Made by a program: the position numbers and the translations under genes. The notes under the pieces are model-generated. The model was given only the letters and a program-made list of their open reading frames with translations. It ran no database searches and was not told where the DNA came from. From the NCBI RefSeq assembly GCF_006345805.1, contig NW_021824748.1, positions 1-17,838 on the forward strand: a DNA stretch of 17,838 nt, given 5' to 3'. The stretch is from Octopus sinensis (Eukaryota). This document shows, in pieces, positions 10,005-17,838 of this stretch; within the stretch, counting starts at the first letter, position 1; every line of letters begins with the position of its first letter.

Positions 10005-11547
10005 CTACACTTTCTTTCTGATTTCATAAAAATCATGAAGAGAATCTGGAATCAAATCAAAGATGTTTGTCTCTAAGTTTTCCATCAAACTTAAAATTTG
10101 TGATATTGATGGTTCGCAGCTTATATTCTCATAGATATTTGGATCATTATCTTCTATTTCATCAAAACATTCATCAATAACATTATTAAATATTTCTTCA
10201 GATGATTCATTTATGCAACTCGAGTCTGATGGAAATTGTCGAAAAACCTTTTGCCAGCAGTTATAAATAATATCCGCAGATACATTATTCCAAGCATCTG
10301 AGATTATTGTTACCACTTATCGCAAATTTAATTTGGATAAAGACTCTATAAACAAATCCTGGTCATCTTGAAAACATAAAAAATCAATTAGACAATTCCA
10401 ATAATGGAAACATAAATATTTGCAAGAAAGAAATTAAAGATAGCTATGTTAATTAAAGGCCTCACGAGACACCCGACCAGCCTCGCGAATGGCGAAGCCG
10501 TTCCCTCGGATCACAGCAATCGACAGACGTTCCAGGAGCCAAGAAAACTCTCTTGGATCGTGACTAGTCCTTGAAATCCGTCGACCGAGCGAGCGAAGGA
10601 AGCGGAGTGTCTTGGGACCGAAGATCCCGGAGGACCGAAGATTCCAATAATTATCCTTGATTCCAGCATCCAATGGTTGAAGTATTGGTGTCGTATTTTT
10701 TGGTAAAATAAAAAATCAACGTTGCTAAATGTCGATATTTTGTGGCAAGCAGCGTTATCTAATAACATTAAGATTTTTCTTTTTTGAATAATCATTTTTT
10801 CATTAATTTTTTTGAGCCATGATATAAAAATATCTCTTGTCATCCACGCATTTTTGGACGAAGAGTATGAAATTCCATAAATTTCGGGAGAAAATTTTTT
10901 GAAACATCTAGGATTTCTATATTTTCCGATTATTAATGGTTCATATTTTTCTCCAGTGTAACTACAGCATAGATGAAGAGTAACTTTATCTTTACTCCTT
11001 TTAAAGCCCCGTGCCGAATCACCAGTTTTCACGAATGATTTACGTGGGGTAAGTTTGATAAAAAGAGAAGTTTCGTCACAATTAAAAATGTTCTCCTTTC
11101 AATATTGTTCAACTTTGATATTTAATTCTGATAAAAAATTCAAAATTATCGCATGATCAGCAGATGCGGATTCGCCTGACAATGTTCGGAATTTTAATTC
11201 ATGCCTCTGCTTGAATTTTTCTAACAATCTATTTGAAGCTTTAAACTTGTTTAAGCCCATTCTCGAAGAAACAGTTAGGGAAATTTTTTTTAAAGAGTTC
11301 CAGAAACTGGAACATTCTGATCCCTTAGACGCTGAAAAATATCAAGGACTTTTTCATCAAGTCCGTTTTTATTTTCACTTAATGATGAGGAAAGAAATCC
11401 TTTTTTGATAAATGGAAGAATATTCTTTTTTATACGAAAAATAGTTCCCTTGCTAGTATTGTACATTATGGATAATCTCCTCTCAGAATGTTCTTTCTTT
11501 AAAAGATGATCAGCAATCTTCAACTTGGTTTCATAATTCAAAGGCAT
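10005..11547 (-). pseudogene. Tigger/pogo transposase (HTH-psq, CENP-B HTH, DDE_1), frameshifted and interrupted
   Basis: MPLNYETKLKI...NVPVSG, FKASNRLLEKFKQRH, IFNCDETSLF, GFKRSKDKVTLHLCCSYTGEK..PLIIGK..NPRCFK, KNAWMTRDIF..WL, LMLLDNAACH, QPLDAGI and ISDAWNNVSADIIYNCWQK. Confidence 0.92.
10406..10640 (-). mobile_element. Short CRE-clade 3' fragment inserted in the pogo transposase; 11-bp TSD, no poly(A)
   Basis: SGIFGPKTLRFLRSLGRRISRTSHDPREFSWLLERLSIAVIRGN. ATTCCAATAAT is duplicated at 10395-10405 and 10641-10651. Removing the insert restores QPLDAGIKDNYWNCLIDFL. Confidence 0.85.
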
Positions 11548-11674
11548 TACACAAGAAATTTGAAATGAAACGTGTCTTAAAATATTTATTTTTTAAATTG
11601 GTATTAATTAATTTTATTTAATAAAAAATCAATCCCCCAAATAGAGATGTTAAAATTAATTGATTTTTTATAAA

Positions 11675-11948
11675 TTTTTTTTTTTTTTTTAAATGACAAA
11701 CTTATTGTTAATAAACGAAAAGAGTTAAAATGCGCAGCGAATCGACTGGCAATTCCCGCGCATGATGGCCAATGAGATCCTTTGAAAGAGTCTGATCGAC
11801 TCGTTGGGATCTTTCGTAGCAACCACGAGCTTAGATCCAAGGCGACGGAGAAACGATAGCGTCTGCGGACCGATGACTCCAGAGGTTTCCACCGCGACTG
11901 CAGCGAATAGGTGATTCATGGCCAGGACCCGGTACTTCTTCTGTTTTG
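11675..11948 (-). mobile_element. Short CRE-clade 3' fragment with poly(A), inserted in the pogo 5' noncoding region
   Basis: QKKYRVLAMNHLFAAVAVETSGVIGPQTLSFLRRLG...DPNESIRLFQRISLAIMRGN. T16 at 11675-11690. TTTTATAAATT occurs at 11666-11676 and 11949-11959 (AT-rich TSD). Confidence 0.85.
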
Positions 11949-12279
11949 TTTTATAAATTGGTTAAAAAATTTATAATGCCCCAAAACAGAGTTTTCCCCA
12001 AAAAAGAGGTGCCCCACCCCTGGAGGTGCGCCCCAATTAGAGGTCGGACTGTACCAACATCTCAGCCTAAATACGATGCTAGTCCCCTTTAAAGGGAATT
12101 TTATATCAATTCTTTAAGCGTTTCTCAGATTTAATTAAAACACTTAATAAAAATTTTAAAAATGGTTTCTATAAAAAGTTTGTTAGGTCAATTTTTGTAA
12201 TTAAGTCAATTTTAAATAAAACTAAGAACAAAATTCAAAAGTCCAGATAATTTTTTTTTATAAATTATGTTAGTTGCCC

Positions 12280-12520
12280 GTAACTTGCAAAAATAATTTT
12301 TATGAACAAACAAAAAAAACACAAGGAAACAAAGAAGCATTTTTTACAAAAAATTATATATCCACAAATACAAGACAATTGATAATTGTTGTTTCAAGTT
12401 ATTGTTACAAAAATTTTGCGACAGACTTAACGGAACCATTTGTATCTGCAAACATTCCACTTTGTAAATTGAGGAATGAAGCAAATATCAGCTTGTCAAA
12501 GAAATTTACAAGATTGATTT
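12280..12520 (+). mobile_element. Decayed hAT-like transposase N-terminal fragment
   Basis: FATDLTEPFVSANIPLCKLRN resembles the 'F..DL...FVSANIPL.KL.N' motif of hAT-like transposases. Confidence 0.5.
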
Positions 12521-12587
12521 CTCTTCAAATTTTTCTATCATCAGTAAAATTATTAATGACACTATTGGAAATAAAAAGCCAAAAAGG

Positions 12588-15143
12588 TTAAAAATCAACA
12601 ACAGGAGTAGCACTAGCAGTCTGCAAAGAATACTTCATTTTAGCCGGATAGTTGGTATTATTAATCAATGAATAAGATATCCCTACCATAACACACAATT
12701 TCTACCATCCAACACTTCATAGAAATTCCCCCTCCACATCACAAAAGAATCACTTTCGTCAATCTCCATCTCTACAGTCCCAGCCTGCACTGTCAAAATC
12801 TAGAATTTTATACCTCACAACTAACTAAAAATATCCCCTCCAAAGTCACCAACGGCTTTCTAGAATGAGGAAACAGCACCAACAATCCAAATAAATTGGG
12901 CCTGTCATCACAGTGGGAATACACCGCGTGTGTCTCAAAGGACTCCAACAGTTGTACTCTCCTCACAATCGACACTAAACAAACTAATAAACACTAAAAT
13001 AACACTGATCTCTAACTTCCCTCAAATTAGAAGTAAATTGAGGAATAATGACATTATTGGGTTTTGACTTGATTGGGTCGTTATGAACTAAATTGACTTT
13101 ATACCAACTCACGATATGAACGGAGGTGTTTTGTTATCCCCACAATCTGCAACCCATAGCCAAAGTCCGAATATTTAATCCTCTCTCCATTAAAAGGGTC
13201 TAGCCCGACCACTCGTACTCGATTTGACTGGCGAGATGACAACGGGTTCAATTCAGGCACAACTTTAAATTAGTTACACACAAACTTATTCTAGCTCGGA
13301 TTCCATCCGCTGCCAATCGCTATGTACGTTTAGTTAACAAGCCCATACCTCGTTGATTCCCTCAAATCTGGCGATTATGTCAGCGATAGGTTCTTCATCG
13401 GCTATGGGCATCATCGAATCATTTATTCTGCCACTTGAGAGACGTGTCCTTTTATTACGTCGTTTTTTCTTGTTCTTAGCCTTCCTGATATATATACTAA
13501 TATTAAATAAAACCACTTTCGGGGTGATCCATCAGGGATATCAGCCATCATCAGATCCGTCCCAATTTGTTTATCAACCATTACCGGAGAATTAATTTCC
13601 ATAACCACTTTCTCTGCTAAAATTTCATCAGTATACAGACTAGGATCACTAAAAATGTGTATCAGGACACAACATACCCAACTTTGACGGAATTTGTTAC
13701 TCGAATTGGACTATTGAGTTCCGAATTTACAGTCGAAGAGGGGGAAAATGACACATTAGGATTATTTTCAATAAAAATGTTGCCGGAATTCAATGATTCT
13801 CGATTTTTGTTCAAGGAGGGGCCAACGAGGATCACATCCTCAGGTTCGCTATCAGAACTAGCAATAAAAGTGACTCGTCTTTTTTTTTTCTTCGATAGAT
13901 ATTCCTCAAAATCAAAATGAACACCTTCCTTCTCAACAATCTTACCCACCTCGCCAAAATGAGTCTTGTTCTTGCTCTTGTCTCGACTGGAAAGGTTTTC
14001 ACGTGCAGTCGTGTTTCGACCTTTCTTTAAAATGGACACTGTCGATTTGGAATGAGGGACACCAGTGGTCACTTGTCCAAAATTAGGATTCTTTTGATGG
14101 ATGACAGGCTCATCTTGTATTATATGACTTTTGGCTTTAGAGTTTTCCTTATTGTATAATCTTTTCGAGTTTTTTGACGACTTTTTTGGCGAAATTGAAT
14201 CAGATATATTCAAATTAGAACCTTCGTGGCCCATAACAGTCTCTTGTCCCAAGAAATGCGTTTTATCAGAATTTTTATCATAGGAAACTTCACGAGTGCG
14301 ATTATTATGGCTATTTTTGGCCATTCTTGAAACTCTCTTGGTTGAATTTCTGCTATTTTCAACACCAGAAGGTAATTCGTAGATGATTTCGACATCTTCT
14401 ATCTCGTGTCCCGAGGATTGGGGGTTCTCATCAGCCAAATCAGAGAAATAATCACTTCTATCCACATCTGTCCCAGCTTGAAATCCCAAAGATATCATTT
14501 CAGGTCTATTCTGACTCTTTTGTGTAGAGTCTCTTTGAACTGAGGCGATTGAGATATCCTGGGGATCATCCCTCCATAAAGGGTTTTGCCTTTCTTGCTC
14601 AATACTCATCTTGTAGGTCGAATTCGGCCACTTTGAGTGAGAAACCTTACGAGTAATCAATCCTTGTACAGGTCCTCCAATTGAGGATTTTAATAACTTT
14701 GTTAAATTGGCATATTCAGAGCTTCTTAGCATGTCATCCATGATAGGGGACTCCGCAGGGAACAATTCGGCGGTTTTTTCAGATTTTTTGCTATTTCTGT
14801 CCACATTTGATGACCTTGGTTGGAATTTTACTACTGATGGATGATTTGTCTTATCTTTCGGTGCTGAAAATAAACGTAGATAGTTATTCTGTGGGATTAA
14901 GATGGAATTTTTAACCAAAATGCTCCTGTCTTGTATTGGTGGAGGATTTCCATGGCTCTGTTCTTCGTAACGAGTGCTTTCTAATCCGCTAATGTCGTGA
15001 TCTTGGTCATTTGGGTGGATTTGGATTTCTGGTTGTTTAGAGCAGGGCAATTACCGTCAGGGAGAAGAAGCTTGTGCGTTTTTTTATTTCCAAGTTCCTT
15101 TAATATTCTTTTTTTACTAAAAGTTGTTATTATTTGACATCAT
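12588..15143 (-). CDS. CENPC: CENP-C/Mif2-like inner kinetochore protein (~762 aa, 11 exons, no frameshift required)
   Basis: GT-AG introns at 15138-15117, 15054-15029, 13677-13649, 13516-13485, 13348-13320, 13285-13263, 13112-13088, 13003-12975, 12813-12785 and 12705-12683 give a 2289-nt open frame. The protein has a long S/K/R-rich disordered region, RQSNRVRVVGLDPFNGERIKY (CENP-C-motif-like), and a cupin-like C-terminus (LFGLLVLFPHSRKP...GTVEMEI...FVMWRGNFYEVLDGISYSLINNTNYPAKMKY). The first 5-nt exon and the 12813 donor are the least certain parts. Confidence 0.7.
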
Positions 15144-15326
15144 TTTTGAAGATTAAAATATAATTAATGTCACCGGCCGTAGGATGGACGGCGCCGTTGA
15201 GTGGACACTAAGCAATATTTTTAATTAAAAATATTTTTACAATAATAATCTCCATTAAAAAATCAAAATTATTTAAATAATTTATTAAATATTCCTAATT
15301 TTTGTTTAATTAAGAATCGCGTGAGA

Positions 15327-16036
15327 ATGGTTTTGTTGTATCTATTGCAATCCTTTGTTGAAAAATTAATTAATTATATTGAAACTGGCTTGATAGAAGA
15401 TGAAACACAGAGGAAAGAACGTTTTAAAATACGTTCTCTCTCAAAAAATTTTATTTATGAGCAATCTGTGCTTTTCATTCTGAAAAATGGTAAAAAACTA
15501 AGATTCTTCACAATCGAACAAAATGAATTTAAGATGAAAACAATTGAGGTAAATATAAAATCACATTTTGTAGGCTGAACACAATTTAAACCATTTTGGT
15601 CGTGATAGGCTTTATTCCAAACTCTGTGAAGAAATTTATCCGATTACGAGAAAAGAGGTCCTTACTGTTGTTAGCCGGTGTGAAGTTTGCCAGGTTTAAT
15701 ATTTATGAGCAATATAGGCAGACATTACAGAAGAAAATACAGTTGCAATATTAGAACAGAGAAATAATGTAGTAGAAAATTTAGAAAAAGCAGGAGCGAA
15801 AATGTCTAAAAAAGGAAATGGAAATTCGACGAAAAGGATATAAATGTCGGAGATTCTGTTATTATCCGACATGATAGAGACGCAAATGTGAATAATAGGA
15901 AATATCATCTTCACAATGAAATATCTTCAGAGAAATTTTATATCGTCGACAAAAAAATAATTTATGTGTGTTAAAAGATGAAAATGGAACAGAAATTGAA
16001 TCCATTCACATTAGTAGACTCAAACGATTAGTTTAA
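15327..16036 (+). CDS. Integrase-derived protein (~220 aa): H2C2 zinc-binding domain plus C-terminal domain, DDE/rve catalytic core absent; 2 micro-introns, 2 probable homopolymer frameshifts
   Basis: Introns at 15549-15573 and 15694-15717. Exon 2 = AEHNLNHFGRDRLYSKLCEEIYPITRKEVLTVVSRCEVCQ (HxxxH...CxxC). Exon 3 = ...RNNVVENLEKAGAKM...DINVGDSVII...ENGTEIESIHISRLKRLV*, if one A is added in each of the runs 15808-15813 and 15951-15957. Confidence 0.7.
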
Positions 16037-16099
16037 ATTTTTGGTTAATAAAATTTTAAAAATTGTATAAAAAGTTTTTCAACTTAAAATAAGAAGCAA

Positions 16100-17093
16100 A
16101 CACACCGCGGCCGAAGGCCGCATAGGGGAATAGTTGGATTCCAAAAAAATCCGGCCGTAGGCCAATTGGTTTAGGTTGGACCTTAAAAACTACACACCGC
16201 GGCCGAAGGCCGCATAGGGGAATAGTTGGATTCCAAAAAAATCCGGCCGTAGGCCAATTGGTTTAGGTTGGACCTTAAAAACTACACACCGCGGCCGAAG
16301 GCCGCATAGGGGAATAGTTGGATTCCAAAAAAATCCGGCCGTAGGCCAATTGGTTTAGGTTGGACCTTAAAAACTACACACCGCGGCCGAAGGCCGCATA
16401 GGGGAATAGTTGGATTCCAAAAAAATCCGGCCGTAGGCCAATTGGTTTAGGTTGGACCTTAAAAACTACACACCGCGGCCGAAGGCCGCATAGGGGAATA
16501 GTTGGATTCCAAAAAAATCCGGCCGTAGGCCAATTGGTTAGGTTGGACCTTAAAAACTACACACCGCGGCCGAAGGCCGCATAGGGGAATAGTTGGATTC
16601 CAAAAAAATCCGGCCGTAGGCCAATGGTTTAGGTTGGACCTTAAAAACTACACACCGCGGCCGAAGGCCGCATAGGGGAATAGTTGGATTCCAAAAAAAT
16701 CCGGCCGTAGGCCAATTGGTTTAGGTTGGACCTTAAAAACTACACACCGCGGCCGAAGCCGCATAGGGGAATAGTTGGATTCAAAAAAATCCGGCCGTAG
16801 GCCAATTGGTTTAGGTTGGACCTTAAAAACTACACACCGCGGCCGAAGGCCGCATAGGGGAATAGTTGGATTCCAAAAAAATCCGCCGTAGGCCAATGGT
16901 TTAGGTTGGACCTTAAAAACTACACACCGCGGCGAAGGCCGCATAGGGGAATAGTTGGATTCCAAAAAAATCCGGCCGTAGGCCAATGGTTTAGGTTGGA
17001 CCTTAAAAACTACACACCGCGGCCGAAGGCCGCATAGGGGAATAGTTGGATTCCAAAAAAATCCGGCCGTAGGCCAATTGGTTTAGGTTGGAC
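16100..17093. repeat. Tandem array of ~10.9 copies of a 92-bp GC-rich multi-hairpin unit
   Basis: Units start at 16100, 16192, 16284, 16376, 16468, 16559, 16650, 16742, 16832, 16922 and 17012. They differ only by single-base deletions. Confidence 0.98.
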
Positions 17094-17838
17094 TTACTAC
17101 CTGAAAGCCTAAGGCTGGATAAGAAGTAATACGTATGCAGCAATTAAGGTTTGGTTAGGGTTCCCTTTAGAAATCTGTACTGGTCATCTCTAAAATTGCT
17201 GTTAGGATACCAACGTCTATTTTATTTAATAAATTTTACAAATAAATTCGATTTATAACTATTAAAAAGTATTATTTTAAATGGTAAACCTCGAAATATA
17301 ATAAACATTATGATTTTTAATCAATAATCGTAGAAAAAACGGTGTGGTTGGTTTTGTTAGCTCTCTTATTTTCTCAAAAGTCACCAAATTCATCGAAAAT
17401 AGGCTTAAAATGGGACTTGGAAAAAATAAGGTATGTTTTATATGAGCAAAATTGAAATAAATGAGATTTTGAAAGTGTCCAACGAACGGCGCCGTCCAGC
17501 CTACGGCCGGTGACAATTAATATTAATTTTATACAATCGTCGATCCATTGTTGCTCTGAATAAACACACAAGTTGTTGTTGCGCAATAAATTAATATGCG
17601 CCATTATATATTTGGTTTATATTTAAAAACAATTAAATTCTCGATTCTGAATGCTTCAAAAATTAATTTGTGTGATTTACGATAACGTATTTTTTAGGAA
17701 AATACTATCAAACGGAAAAAACGACTTGATTTTAAACTAAACAGTTCTAAGCTGATTTGTTAATTCTATTGTTCAACAAAAGCTTTAAGTTTTCCTGAAG
17801 CGACAAAAAATTTGTTTTGAAAGTAAAGGTTGTTTTCC

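Larger units (their letters stand above)
9848..12051 (-). mobile_element. Full-length decayed Tigger/pogo DNA transposon with TIRs and TA flanks
   Basis: TA|AAGTTCGACCTCTAAATGAGGC (9848-9869) is the inverted match of TA|CAGTCCGACCTCTAATTGGGGC ending at 12051. A CENP-B/DDE_1 transposase lies inside, and two nested CRE insertions. Confidence 0.85.
15168..17515 (+). mobile_element. Ginger2/TDD-like DNA transposon (2348 bp), non-autonomous
   Basis: 42-bp TIRs at 15168-15209 and 17474-17515 (38/42 match) begin TGT and end ACA. ATTAA is duplicated at 15163-15167 and 17516-17520. A gypsy-type integrase remnant lies inside. Confidence 0.85.

Noticed and set aside
13353-13920. Plus-strand ORFs 13353-13595 and 13657-13920
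   Set aside because: They are antisense shadows of the CENP-C-like exons.
16648-16986. 112-aa ORF on the minus strand
   Set aside because: It is a translation of the tandem repeat, opened by single-base deletions; there is no coding signal.
16100-17093. CRISPR array
   Set aside because: There are no unique spacers (the entire 92-bp unit repeats), no cas genes, and the context is eukaryotic.
15168-17515. LTR retrotransposon or Maverick/Polinton
   Set aside because: The termini are inverted rather than direct repeats, there is no gag/RT or polB/ATPase, and the TGT ends with a 5-bp TSD fit Ginger2/TDD better than Maverick (6-bp TSD).
17374-17604. ORF MAHINLL... as an upstream exon of the CENP-C-like gene separated by the transposon
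   Set aside because: In the reconstructed empty site the frame hits a stop, and the only plausible donor gives a 65-nt intron in the wrong phase.

Overview
AT-rich eukaryotic nuclear DNA, not prokaryotic. Host genes are split by very short (22-32 nt) GT-AG introns, and TAA/TGA act as stops (standard code). The ORF track therefore misses most real genes. Four host loci were reconstructed by hand. (1) A highly divergent Ras-superfamily GTPase (1388-2089, +). (2) An intron-retaining internal fragment of axonemal dynein heavy chain DNAH10 (~3608-4509, +). (3) A cathepsin L-like protease broken by a retroelement insertion (~7830-9409, -). (4) An apparently intact ~762-aa CENP-C/Mif2-like centromere protein with 10 micro-introns (12588-15143, -). 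The rest is nested mobile DNA: four short 3' ends of CRE-clade non-LTR retrotransposons (three with TSDs), RTE, Jockey/I-like and R4-like LINE fragments, hAT-like scraps, and a full-length decayed Tigger/pogo element (9848-12051). There is also a Ginger2/TDD-like DNA transposon (15168-17515; 42-bp TIRs, 5-bp TSD). It sits 24 bp upstream of the CENP-C start codon and carries an integrase gene lacking the catalytic core plus ~11 copies of a 92-bp multi-hairpin repeat. Micro-introns, axonemal dynein and the standard code suggest a dicyemid-like organism (inference only). Single-base losses in homopolymer runs suggest long-read errors, so some frameshifts may be artefacts. All protein assignments come from manual translation and motif recognition; no database searches were run.
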